Positions 35,157-44,336 of a DNA stretch of 64,000 nucleotides are shown piece after piece. Every line of letters starts with the position of its first letter. Position 1 is the stretch's first letter. The DNA comes from a virus (Duplodnaviria; Heunggongvirae; Uroviricota; Caudoviricetes). The stretch lies in IMG/VR virus record IMGVR_UViG_2029527006_000005. The stretch is one strand, 5' to 3'. The notes under the pieces are model-generated. The model worked only from the letters and a program-made list of their open reading frames with translations. It did no database searches and was not told the DNA's origin. Both the position numbers and the translations under genes were made by a program.

Positions 35157-35720
35157 ATGAGTCTTAATTCTTTTGATCGTAACTATGGCATGTCAGCTAA
35201 TAGTCGCGAATATTGGGGTGGTAACAACGGTTTCGTAACTGTAGTTGTGTCCCTACCAGCCGATGTTGAAATTGGTGAAACCGCTGTTCTACCTGACGGT
35301 ACTGAACTAGGTGATAACGCTGCTCAAACCGCACTAACTGCTGCTGAATACAACCAATTTATGATTGCACAGATTCTAGCACAACGTTCTGTTGAAGTTG
35401 CTACTTCTATGCTAGCTAAAGGTACTGTTGATCCTACCGTTGGTGGTTTTGATACTATCGCTGGTAACGTTATCGCTTTCGGTAAAGCTGGTACTCTAAC
35501 TGCTGATTCTTTCGGTATTACTTACATGATTGAACGTCAAGACGTATTTGATGCTCAAGCTGTTCGTCCGGGTTCAAACTATCCAGTTCCAGTTGATCCA
35601 TGTGCAGAACTATCTGCTACTCTAGGCCAAGCTGGTGCTTTCCGTAAGAAAGATGGTTCCGCTGCTGGTGCTCTACCTGTTGCAATCAAAGTGTTCGCAT
35701 CCCTACCTGTACTACTATAA
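35157..35720 (+). CDS. Probable abundant virion protein, paralog A
   Basis: Strong codon bias like the MCP; shares motifs with the next gene. Confidence 0.7.
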   Translation: MSLNSFDRNYGMSANSREYWGGNNGFVTVVVSLPADVEIGETAVLPDGTELGDNAAQTALTAAEYNQFMIAQILAQRSVEVATSMLAKGTVDPTVGGFDTIAGNVIAFGKAGTLTADSFGITYMIERQDVFDAQAVRPGSNYPVPVDPCAELSATLGQAGAFRKKDGSAAGALPVAIKVFASLPVLL

Positions 35721-35735
35721 TAAGGAGAATATAAT

Positions 35736-36389
35736 ATGTTAGAACGTATTAATGGCTTCTCTCATGATAGCGTACTTGGTTATTTCCAAGGTAAGAACGC
35801 CCTAGCAACAATCGCTATCGATACTACTGGCGATATCGCTATTGTAGTAACTGGTGCTGTGTGCTCCTATGTAGGTCTACAGCATTTCCTAAACACCCAG
35901 AACAAAGATGAAATCGTAGCATTCCTAAACGAAAAAGGTGTTGTCCGTGTTGACGGTTCTGAATTCGTTGAAGCTACTGTTGAAGCTGATTACACCGAAT
36001 CTTACGCTGCTCAAACTAACATTAAACGTATCGTTGATGTTGTTCAGCAACGTGCAGTTATCATCGCTACTTCTGATATCGCTAAAGGCGTTGCTGCTAA
36101 TGGCCTAAAGAATGTTGTTGATGGTGTTGATGCTGCTGCTAACATCGCATCTGCTGATGTTATCACTTTCCTAGTTGAACGTGCAAACGTATTCGACCAA
36201 GACGCAGTAAACTTCCAAGGTGTTCCATCTACAGCTATCGATGAAGGTCGTCTACTTCTAAATGACCTAGCTGGTGTTCCACTAATGGATAAAACTGGTG
36301 CTGAAGTAATTCTTAAAGGTTCTGCTACCGCTGCGGCTGGTAACTTTGCTATTAAGATCTACAAATCTATCCCAGCACTACTCGATTAA
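35736..36389 (+). CDS. Probable abundant virion protein, paralog B
   Basis: QQRAVIIATS, ITFLVERANVFD, AIKIYKSIPALL match paralog A. Confidence 0.7.
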   Translation: MLERINGFSHDSVLGYFQGKNALATIAIDTTGDIAIVVTGAVCSYVGLQHFLNTQNKDEIVAFLNEKGVVRVDGSEFVEATVEADYTESYAAQTNIKRIVDVVQQRAVIIATSDIAKGVAANGLKNVVDGVDAAANIASADVITFLVERANVFDQDAVNFQGVPSTAIDEGRLLLNDLAGVPLMDKTGAEVILKGSATAAAGNFAIKIYKSIPALLD

Positions 36390-36403
36390 TAAATTGAAAA
36401 ACA

Positions 36404-36429
36404 AAAAGGAGAACTTTCGTTCTCCTTTT
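36404..36429. terminator. Bidirectional intrinsic terminator
   Basis: AAAAGGAGAAC-TTTC-GTTCTCCTTTT between convergent genes. Confidence 0.85.
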
Positions 36430-36430
36430 T

Positions 36431-37132
36431 TTATTTGTAAAATTTGATATTCTCAGGAAGCTCATCAGACATTCTAGTTAAGTTCACATCTTCATCATCT
36501 GTGTACTCTTCATCATCTAATTTACGACCCCAATCTTTAATGAAATTCTCAATGATTTCATATTCGTCATTACCCGGATGACCTTCATTCTTTAACTTCT
36601 TCCAAAAGTACTCGTTATAATCGAAAGTAAATTCGACCTTATTAGTCTCTTGGTTGAAATCTACATCAAAATCCATCCACGGTTCTTTACGCATAGTAAA
36701 GAGTTCTTTGCTGTACTCTCTCTCAGTAATTTCATGATACTTGAAAGCATACTCCAATGCAGCAATGCGTTTCTCATCACCATCTTCCATTAGCTCTACT
36801 TTTTGTGCATCATATTCTTTTTCACGAATAGCGTTATGCTTATAACGTAATTCTAAAGAAGTACTGTCACGTTCACTTTCAGTAATACGCTTATGCTTTA
36901 GCTCAACATCAATCATCTTTAGATCGTACTCAAGTTCAGTAATTTGACTGTACTTTTTTTCAATATCAACAATTGCTTTATCAGATTCATACTCAGTTAG
37001 ATATACAAAAGGTGCACAACGAATGTCAGCCTCATATCCATCATAGTAGTAGTTAATCCTAGCAATCTCTTTTGCTTTTCCAGTTAATCCCCAATGAGCG
37101 GGGATCAACCAAAATGGTAATTTCTTAGCCAT
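36431..37132 (-). CDS. Hypothetical protein with internal helical repeats
   Basis: Start moved to 37132; ITELEY/ITESER/IREKEY/ITEREY repeats. Confidence 0.7.
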   Translation of the reverse strand: MAKKLPFWLIPAHWGLTGKAKEIARINYYYDGYEADIRCAPFVYLTEYESDKAIVDIEKKYSQITELEYDLKMIDVELKHKRITESERDSTSLELRYKHNAIREKEYDAQKVELMEDGDEKRIAALEYAFKYHEITEREYSKELFTMRKEPWMDFDVDFNQETNKVEFTFDYNEYFWKKLKNEGHPGNDEYEIIENFIKDWGRKLDDEEYTDDEDVNLTRMSDELPENIKFYK

Positions 37133-37415
37133 TCTTCTTACCAAATACCTCATCAATTTTCATAACATAGTATGTTACTTTTTCGTGCTCTAGAGGCTGA
37201 TTCAATGAAGATTTACCAAATACAATCTCGTCACCGATTTCGATGTTATGTTCAGCCCTTTCACCGTTATTTAGGATACGTCCGGGACCGACAGATAAAA
37301 CACGACCAATGCATGGTGGTTCTACGTTAGATAGGATAATACCTCCAGTACTCACGGTGTCGTTGACAAGTAAATCGACTAGAACATAGTCGTTAATCAT
37401 TTTTAAAGTACTCAT
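37125..37415 (-). CDS. groES: GroES-like co-chaperonin
   Basis: NDYVLV, STGGIIL, GRVLSVGPG, IEIGDEIVF; start moved to 37415. Confidence 0.92.
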   Translation of the reverse strand: MSTLKMINDYVLVDLLVNDTVSTGGIILSNVEPPCIGRVLSVGPGRILNNGERAEHNIEIGDEIVFGKSSLNQPLEHEKVTYYVMKIDEVFGKKNG

Positions 37416-37416
37416 A

Positions 37417-37620
37417 TTAGTATCTCCCTGTTGTGTTAAACCAATTTCCACGATAACGGAATGTAGCTCCTTTATCGCCAGCAGTAAATTCTTCTCGCTG
37501 CATTAGACCATCTTCGCACTTAGTGCATTTACGCTCATCATCACGATTTGATAGTTTTACAATTTTATCTTCAGAATGTTCACAATCTTCATTCTGACAT
37601 TTGTATGTGTATAATGGCAT
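37417..37620 (-). CDS. FmdB-family zinc-ribbon protein
   Basis: MPLYTYKC....C ... CTKC ... FRYRGNWF. Confidence 0.85.
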   Translation of the reverse strand: MPLYTYKCQNEDCEHSEDKIVKLSNRDDERKCTKCEDGLMQREEFTAGDKGATFRYRGNWFNTTGRY

Positions 37621-37631
37621 TTTAAATATCC

Positions 37632-38255
37632 TTATTGAAATACCGTAATTCTTTCCGCTTCTTTTTTAGCCCACTCATAAGCTGCTCTTGAAACAGGATC
37701 ACTCATGATTACTTCTAGTGCTTCTTCACGACCTTCTAACCCACCGAAGTGAGAACCACTACTTTCCATCAATTCAAATGCTTGACGGATTTCATGTAAA
37801 GTTCGTGGTAAGAAACGCATGAATGTACTATCAACCGAAGTGTTCAAGTACTTGATATCCGGTAATGAATTAGCATGGACATGTCCATGAATATTACGTT
37901 TACCACGTAATTCAACTTCTGATAGTGGAGCGTGGGAAAGCCAAAACTCTTTATATTTTAGTAGTGCATGAACTTCATCATAGACGTTCACTAGTTCTTT
38001 CATTGGAATGTACTCGGTGCAGTGATTTCCTGCAATTAGGATTTTACTACCGGGTAATTCTTTGATCATGTCCAAATAAAATCTGTCGAAACAAATATCT
38101 CCGAGGAAATACATAATGTCTCGTTTAGTACAAGTTTCTTGGAGGACACGAATGAAGTACAAATCGTTGTGTTTAGTACTGTCAAACACTTGTCTGTACT
38201 TATAGATGTTGCGGTGTCCCAAATGGGTATCCGCGATAAAGCGTGGAGTACTCAT
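37632..38255 (-). CDS. Calcineurin-like metallophosphoesterase
   Basis: ADTHLGH, LGD, GNH, SHAP, HGHVH; start moved to 38255. Confidence 0.88.
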   Translation of the reverse strand: MSTPRFIADTHLGHRNIYKYRQVFDSTKHNDLYFIRVLQETCTKRDIMYFLGDICFDRFYLDMIKELPGSKILIAGNHCTEYIPMKELVNVYDEVHALLKYKEFWLSHAPLSEVELRGKRNIHGHVHANSLPDIKYLNTSVDSTFMRFLPRTLHEIRQAFELMESSGSHFGGLEGREEALEVIMSDPVSRAAYEWAKKEAERITVFQ

Positions 38256-38271
38256 ATACTTCTCCAATGGA

Positions 38272-38294
38272 AAAGGGGAACATTGTTCCCCTTT
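38272..38294 (-). terminator. Intrinsic terminator
   Basis: AAAGGGGAAC-ATT-GTTCCCCTTT. Confidence 0.7.
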
Positions 38295-38299
38295 AGTTA

Positions 38300-39031
38300 T
38301 TAGTTGCCTTGGATAAAGAACTGGAACACGGTGATGCCAGTGTCAACAGTGACGTTTAGCATACCAGTTTTAGTAATACCTAGGGAAATTTCTTCAGCAT
38401 TAGACACACGGTTTAGTGCTTGAAGAAGACGATCAATCGCGTAACCATAACCTAGCTTTAGTTCACCGTCAGTTTTGGTGAATGCAATTGCACCGCTATG
38501 GTTTGATTTATTCTTCTCACCAACGTGGAAGTATAGTGTATCACCTTCAGTATAAGGAGTAACTAAAGCAGAAAATGATTTGAATACACTAGAGAAAGAC
38601 TTTAGCTCTCCAACTTTTGCAGCACTAGGTGTAACCTGTACATCATATGGTTGTGGAGTAAAGCGTGGTTGGTTAGGAATAAATTTTTCCGATTGAACAA
38701 TAAAGTTAGTACTTGCATCATCAGATGTAAATGCTAGACTTTTAACAACACCGTTCGCTGCGTTGACTGCGATCTTTGCAGAGTCAGAGTTGTAAGTTTT
38801 TAGATTCATAAGACCTTGTAGCATTCCGAGGTTACCAAGACCGAAACGACCTTCAACTTCCGGTACGTCTTCTTTGGTGTGTGCTCGCATGATTAGAGTC
38901 TTATCATCTGTGTATGCTTCCAAATAAACACGGTCACCTTCGCCACGATCTTCTCGTGAAACTGCGATACAAGAAAAATCCATGCCGTTAGTAGTGTTTA
39001 CTAGGTCGCGTAGTACGTTGCGTAAATCCAT
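38300..39031 (-). CDS. Sliding clamp (gp45-like)
   Basis: 243 aa, alternating alpha/beta pattern, FGLGNLG motif, near polB; no strong motif. Confidence 0.6.
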   Translation of the reverse strand: MDLRNVLRDLVNTTNGMDFSCIAVSREDRGEGDRVYLEAYTDDKTLIMRAHTKEDVPEVEGRFGLGNLGMLQGLMNLKTYNSDSAKIAVNAANGVVKSLAFTSDDASTNFIVQSEKFIPNQPRFTPQPYDVQVTPSAAKVGELKSFSSVFKSFSALVTPYTEGDTLYFHVGEKNKSNHSGAIAFTKTDGELKLGYGYAIDRLLQALNRVSNAEEISLGITKTGMLNVTVDTGITVFQFFIQGN

Positions 39032-39087
39032 TTTTAAATCTCCAATTCCATTTTGTTTAACGTAATTTGTAACGTTGTGACGTATCT

Positions 39088-39116
39088 ATTATATCACATA
39101 ATCCCAGATACGTCCC
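39088..39116 (-). promoter_or_regulatory. Phage early/middle promoter, variant GGGACG-N17-TATAAT
   Basis: Motif copy. Confidence 0.75.
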
Positions 39117-39134
39117 AACTTTTTATTATTTTTA

Positions 39135-39695
39135 TTACCAGTTGCGGTTTTGACGGTCGCCCTGATAACCTTGTTGATATGAAGTCCAGCTATCATCAGA
39201 TACTAAACGGCCTGATTTTTGGAACTCATCTTTGATTGCATTTGCAAAGCGAACTGAATCTTCAGAACTTAGATCACCAAGACTGATTTTAACAGTAGTT
39301 TTGGGAGTTTCTTCGTTATTAGGGAAGAAATAATCTTCTAAAATACTTAGAGGATTGTAAGCTGCATCCATTAGTGATGTAGTACTGCCTTTGTAAATTA
39401 GATTATCACTACCAGTACCAGTACTATACATGCGATAACCTTCAGGCCATTCTTGTACATACTTTTTTGGTTTATTGATATCATGATTCCAAACACCGGG
39501 TGATGGGGCATTGATAATTTGTTGAATTTTCACTTCAAACAATTTAAGTACTGAACCATTAAGTTCCATTGTACCAACCATTTTAAATCCTGCACCTTGT
39601 AGTACTTTCTCTTCAACATCGTTTAATGCTACTACTACTGTGATTTTACCTTGGGAAGCAATAGCTTCCCCAATGCGTTGAAAAATGTCTGCCAT
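39135..39695 (-). CDS. Unknown protein carrying an exact copy of a portal clip-region peptide
   Basis: Residues 106-125 TSLMDAAYNPLSILEDYFFP are identical to portal residues 333-352; AGGA SD. Confidence 0.8.
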   Translation of the reverse strand: MADIFQRIGEAIASQGKITVVVALNDVEEKVLQGAGFKMVGTMELNGSVLKLFEVKIQQIINAPSPGVWNHDINKPKKYVQEWPEGYRMYSTGTGSDNLIYKGSTTSLMDAAYNPLSILEDYFFPNNEETPKTTVKISLGDLSSEDSVRFANAIKDEFQKSGRLVSDDSWTSYQQGYQGDRQNRNW

Positions 39696-39708
39696 TTTAA
39701 TTCCTATT

Positions 39709-42700
39709 TTACCATGAGAAGAAGCCTGAGTCCATGACCATAGTACTCTTCTCGTTAATTGCGATATCCATGTTTAGAATACCAAATATGTTTCCTAGTT
39801 TCTTAGTCAAGACAGATTTTTCCATTTCATCTTCATCAAAAGGTAAATCCAAGAACCATTGTGGTAAGTACTCCGCACAATCAATTGGGTAGCCGACAGC
39901 TTTTATTCCCATTGGGTTTGGCTTCAACTTACATACGATGACTTTAGTACCATCTGTTGCTTCTGGTACAGATTGGTCTTCATAGATTTCACGTAATCGG
40001 TTCCACTGAATAGCTGCTAGAACATGAGATACAGATAGTTTTCCAACTTTCTTGTACTCTTCTTCAAGGTTAGAATAGTTCTTCACAGTACGTGGTTGAC
40101 CTTTTTGTTGAATTGGTTTGTCTTTGAAAATATTTTTGAACGCACGAACACGGTTACGTAGTTCTTCTTCTTGTTCGCCAACTAGTAATGCTATTAGTGT
40201 TTCTTGCAAGAAGTCTTGGATGTATTTTGGCGTGTCGGAACGTTTAATTTCCAAGCCCATCGCTTTAATCTCACCCGGTGAATCACCTTCGTCTTTACGG
40301 AATCCATCTTCCCAATATTTTAGGATTGCATAACGCTTCTTCTTCAAGAATAGACCACGTGAGCCTACCATTTCCAAATCCGCACCAACAATACGACCAT
40401 TTTCAATACCAGTATTGAACATCTCATCCATAAATTCAGGGAATGTTGCACCCATTTCGTCACCGATTTTCACGTACAAATCAACTACTTCTTCTTTGGT
40501 TAGATCAAACGGTAAACCTTGTTCTTTCATGTAATGTGCTACACTGAAATACACGGAGTCAGTGTCACCATAAATTACTACACCACCACCATGATCATAA
40601 ACACCAGTACAGATCTCGTTAATACGGGATGCCATGTGTTTAGTCATACTACGACCAGTTAAAGTAACTGATTGTCCTAGACGCTTATCGAAGAATCGAG
40701 AACCTTTGTTTAGTAGTGCACCATAAAGTGAGTTTAGAAGAATCTTACGAATCTGTTGGTTCTGTTTCCAGAATGCAGATTGTGTTTTACAATAAGATTT
40801 CTCTTCTTTTGTACATTTGATACGACCTTCTTCAAGGAGAAGACCATTTTCGGTGATTAGCTTCCCAACAGCCTCAAAATCGCTCTGTGTCAACGCCTGA
40901 CGGATTTTATACACAGGGTCATCTTCGTGTAGGTTGGTACGGTGCATGGTCTCAGAACGGCTGTAGCGAGCCATAGCAGCCATAATTACTGGTACTGCGT
41001 CCTCTGGCATCTCCCAACCATCAGAATAGATGTGTTTGAAGTCCAATACCATTTTCTGTTGCGATTTACGCTCAGAGTACCATTGAGTTAGAATCTCAGG
41101 GATAACACCGTACTTGGTCTTATCGAACATTGTACCATTAGCAGAAAGTACAATAGTACTATCAGGTGCATAAATGATATTATATAGTTCTTCGCCTGTT
41201 ACTTGGAAGCTAGTTCCATCTTCTAGGTCTACAATTAGTTTCTCTTGGGATTTTTCACGCACCATCGTAAATTCTACGGTTGCGAATAGACCATGCCATG
41301 CAGCCGTCCAATCTGGCTCGAATTTCTTCGATTTAGATTTAATACGCTGTTCATCAACACGTCTTGCAAGGTGTGCGTCGGTGTAGTCTTGGCGAATTTG
41401 ACCAAGGATACATTCAGTACTCATGCCTAATGCACGAAGTACAGTTGGATATAGTGAGTTAAAGTCAGTACATCCTAGGTAGTCTACAAGTCCTAATATT
41501 GGATCTTGTACCCATGCACCAGCCGCTTTAGCTGATACTTGTTCATTATCTGAACCATCATCCTCATCTTCAATGAGGTAATCATAACGATCATCTTGTT
41601 CTGACCCGGTATCTTCCTGTGGTTTCTTATCGAATACCACTTCACCCCTTGAGTGGGCTAGGTTAATGATAGCAGTGTCAATTAGAGCTACAGAACCCAT
41701 TGTAGTACTGATTAGTACACATTCTTTGTGTGCTAGTCGGTTGTGTAGGTTGATGAAGTCTAATTTTTCGTCAATCTTTTTAAGTAGAATACTATCCTGT
41801 TTAGAATAACGTAGGAACGTAATATAGTCTTCTCGATATAGTTTGTCAAGGGAACCATCATACGGTACTTTGTTTTCTTTGGTTACTTTCTCAGCGATAT
41901 AGTCTAGTTTGTACGATTGTTCTACTTGACCTGCGTGTTTCTTATACAACGCTAGATAATCTAGGTGAACACGACCAATTAGGTCATAAGTTACAATTGT
42001 CTTACCAAACATATCAGCTTCGCGAGTTACAGGCTTTTTATTCCACAAACACCAACGAGCGGTAGTAGCAACATTGAAAATCTTCGCTGTGCGGTTAACC
42101 ATGTACGGAATATCATAGAACTCACTGTTCCATCCTGAAAGTACGTCTGCATCTTCCATCAAATCGAAGAAGTCATTAAACATTTCAGTTTCTTCAGTAT
42201 AAAGTACAACTACACTGTTTGGATCATCGGTTTCTGCGTTTAGACGGTTAACAATATCTTGTGCTTCTACCAAATCCATCTCTTCTGGAGCTAAGGTTAG
42301 TACATAATCCTTACCTGTCCAGCTTTGATATAGGGAAATTGCAGTAACACGGTTAAATGGGTTACTTGGTGAGGCATATCCGAGCTTCTTGTGGAAGTCG
42401 GTTTCGATATCGAAAAACATCATGTTCAAATCAGGAGAACTCTTACCCATATATTCTTGAGCAAGGGTTTTGAAAGTTACGTTACAATCAGATTCGTAAG
42501 TTCGCTTTCCCTGATCTAATTCTAAGGAACTTTTCAAGTCACGATGACTAGAGAAAGTTTTCTTCTCTGCCATAGTGCCATGAATGGTTTTGAAAGTTCC
42601 TGTTGGTGATTCCACATAGTATTCATATAAAGGGTCTAGCTGTCGTAGAACACGACGACCATTCACACGTTCTGCCACGTGAAGTACATCACCAGTGCGT

Positions 42701-42729
42701 TTACGTTCCATAAATCCATCTATATACAT
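39709..42729 (-). CDS. gp43: Family B DNA polymerase (gp43-like)
   Basis: FDIET, GWNSEFYDIPY, YSKQD, DFNSLYP, KILLNSLYG, YGDTDS, KKRYA. Confidence 0.97.
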   Translation of the reverse strand: MYIDGFMERKRTGDVLHVAERVNGRRVLRQLDPLYEYYVESPTGTFKTIHGTMAEKKTFSSHRDLKSSLELDQGKRTYESDCNVTFKTLAQEYMGKSSPDLNMMFFDIETDFHKKLGYASPSNPFNRVTAISLYQSWTGKDYVLTLAPEEMDLVEAQDIVNRLNAETDDPNSVVVLYTEETEMFNDFFDLMEDADVLSGWNSEFYDIPYMVNRTAKIFNVATTARWCLWNKKPVTREADMFGKTIVTYDLIGRVHLDYLALYKKHAGQVEQSYKLDYIAEKVTKENKVPYDGSLDKLYREDYITFLRYSKQDSILLKKIDEKLDFINLHNRLAHKECVLISTTMGSVALIDTAIINLAHSRGEVVFDKKPQEDTGSEQDDRYDYLIEDEDDGSDNEQVSAKAAGAWVQDPILGLVDYLGCTDFNSLYPTVLRALGMSTECILGQIRQDYTDAHLARRVDEQRIKSKSKKFEPDWTAAWHGLFATVEFTMVREKSQEKLIVDLEDGTSFQVTGEELYNIIYAPDSTIVLSANGTMFDKTKYGVIPEILTQWYSERKSQQKMVLDFKHIYSDGWEMPEDAVPVIMAAMARYSRSETMHRTNLHEDDPVYKIRQALTQSDFEAVGKLITENGLLLEEGRIKCTKEEKSYCKTQSAFWKQNQQIRKILLNSLYGALLNKGSRFFDKRLGQSVTLTGRSMTKHMASRINEICTGVYDHGGGVVIYGDTDSVYFSVAHYMKEQGLPFDLTKEEVVDLYVKIGDEMGATFPEFMDEMFNTGIENGRIVGADLEMVGSRGLFLKKKRYAILKYWEDGFRKDEGDSPGEIKAMGLEIKRSDTPKYIQDFLQETLIALLVGEQEEELRNRVRAFKNIFKDKPIQQKGQPRTVKNYSNLEEEYKKVGKLSVSHVLAAIQWNRLREIYEDQSVPEATDGTKVIVCKLKPNPMGIKAVGYPIDCAEYLPQWFLDLPFDEDEMEKSVLTKKLGNIFGILNMDIAINEKSTMVMDSGFFSW

Positions 42730-42764
42730 CTTATTTCCTTATAATAAACATACTTCAATTAAAA

Positions 42765-42784
42765 AGCCTCCAATCTAGGAGGCT
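42765..42784 (-). terminator. Hairpin/terminator upstream of polB
   Basis: AGCCTCC-AATCTA-GGAGGCT plus U-run. Confidence 0.65.
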
Positions 42785-42793
42785 GAGACAATA

Positions 42794-43090
42794 TTACTCG
42801 TCGTCTTCTGGTAGGTTACCAGTAATTTGAAGGATGGTTTCAACTTCGTCTTGCTTACGAACGATATCGAAGAAGTCACCTTTGTGCATACGGGTTGCAG
42901 CTTTTTTGATGATACCTGCATCAATACCAAGTTCATCTGCTAGCGAGTCAATAAAGTCAGAGTAAGCTGCTTTAGTGTCTTGCATGTAGGTTAGTTGGAC
43001 AACTGCGTTGTTAAGGCCAGAGCCAAGGCGTTTACGTTGTTCGTCGTTTAGGTCTTGGATTTCTACTTTGTTTTCAGTTTTCTTAGCCAT
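42794..43090 (-). CDS. DsbA-like double-stranded DNA-binding protein
   Basis: Start moved to 43090; LADELGID..IIKKAATRMHK resembles T4 DsbA. Confidence 0.55.
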   Translation of the reverse strand: MAKKTENKVEIQDLNDEQRKRLGSGLNNAVVQLTYMQDTKAAYSDFIDSLADELGIDAGIIKKAATRMHKGDFFDIVRKQDEVETILQITGNLPEDDE

Positions 43091-43114
43091 GTTGTTTCTC
43101 CATTGTAATAAAAA

Positions 43115-43145
43115 AAGCACGAGAGCGTCATTGCTCATCGTGCTT
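43115..43145 (-). terminator. Terminator of the tail-fibre operon overlapping the next promoter
   Basis: AAGCACGA-GAGC..GCTC-A-TCGTGCTT, U-run on the - strand. Confidence 0.65.
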
Positions 43146-43147
43146 CT

Positions 43148-43176
43148 ATTATATCACATGATCTGTTTTTTGTCCC
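43148..43176 (-). promoter_or_regulatory. Phage early/middle promoter GGGACA-N17-TATAAT
   Basis: Motif copy. Confidence 0.8.
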
Positions 43177-43741
43177 AAGAATTTCCGGGACGCATCGGTA
43201 ATGCATATGCTACGGTTGCATGTTTCATGTCAAGGTATTGATAACTATTGTAATAATTTTGAACTTTTGCTATTCTAGCCTTGAGTTGTGTTTGGTCTTT
43301 AAGTATTTGTAATTCTTCAGAAGCCCAATTCTGTTCGGTCTCCCTATGAAGTGGGAGTTTTTGTCTAAACTCGTCGTCTGTCATGTAAACAATCTCCCCA
43401 CCAAATTTTACAACCCATTGCCATCCACCATTAACGTATCCATTTGGTAAATTAACAGTTTCTACAACACCGAATATACTGTTGGCGGTAGGTTCAAAGG
43501 CCAAATCAAAAATGTTTTCAGATGACTGAGAAATACCATTTCGGTGTTCTGTTACAATCCAAATGAATGTTTTTCCTTGGGAACCTTCATATGTTCTCTG
43601 GAGTTGATACCAATCATTACCATCTTCATCAATGAAGAATGGTAGACCAGATTCTAGCTTCCATTGATCTTCTGGTGGTACTGAAGAAGGTTGATATTGT
43701 TGCCAGCCATTATATGTTTTCATATTAGTCCTTGTTTTCAT
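43154..43741 (-). CDS. Tail fibre assembly chaperone-like protein 2
   Basis: FIDEDGNDWYQLQ; follows the fibre and the first chaperone. Confidence 0.6.
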   Translation of the reverse strand: MKTRTNMKTYNGWQQYQPSSVPPEDQWKLESGLPFFIDEDGNDWYQLQRTYEGSQGKTFIWIVTEHRNGISQSSENIFDLAFEPTANSIFGVVETVNLPNGYVNGGWQWVVKFGGEIVYMTDDEFRQKLPLHRETEQNWASEELQILKDQTQLKARIAKVQNYYNSYQYLDMKHATVAYALPMRPGNSWDKKQIM

Positions 43742-43785
43742 ATTGTAAATTGCCCACTAATTACAAGTAAGCAATTTATTTATTT

Positions 43786-44325
43786 TTAAGGACGGTCTGG
43801 AAGGTCGATATCAGGGTTGTCTTCAGGCTTAGTACGTACCAAAGTGAAGCGGTACTTACGTAGGGCATCTAGGCGTTCTTTCTCTTCATCAGTAGGAGTA
43901 CCGAACAGTGAAATGTCATCTAGAGCACTAATTTGTGAAGAAGCCCAAGATATTTCTTCTGAAAGATAAATTTCCAATTGTTGAATCTTAAAAGTATTAT
44001 CAGGAACAAATTTACCTTTAGAAAACTTATAAAAATATGGTGATTCTTTGATTTCATCTGATAATTCATCAACAATTACAATATATGTATTGTGTGGGAA
44101 CAATCCTGACGGATCAATAGTTATAAATCTAACTATATCAGTGTTTGAATCAACTAGAAGGAAATAATATCCCTCATATTTTTCCATAAGTTCTTTTCGT
44201 ACATCATACCAATCCTGTCCATCTTTATTTCTTAGAAATTTTGCTCCATGAAAAATATGGAATTTGTTTTCTTCAGTTTCAGGTGGGTCATAGCTTTCCC
44301 ACCCCTTATACACTATAGGTTTCAT
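43786..44325 (-). CDS. Tail fibre assembly chaperone (Tfa-like) 1
   Basis: LRNKDGQDWY, C-terminal LDALRKYRFTL...DIDLPDRP. Confidence 0.75.
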   Translation of the reverse strand: MKPIVYKGWESYDPPETEENKFHIFHGAKFLRNKDGQDWYDVRKELMEKYEGYYFLLVDSNTDIVRFITIDPSGLFPHNTYIVIVDELSDEIKESPYFYKFSKGKFVPDNTFKIQQLEIYLSEEISWASSQISALDDISLFGTPTDEEKERLDALRKYRFTLVRTKPEDNPDIDLPDRP

Positions 44326-44336
44326 TTATTTTCCTT

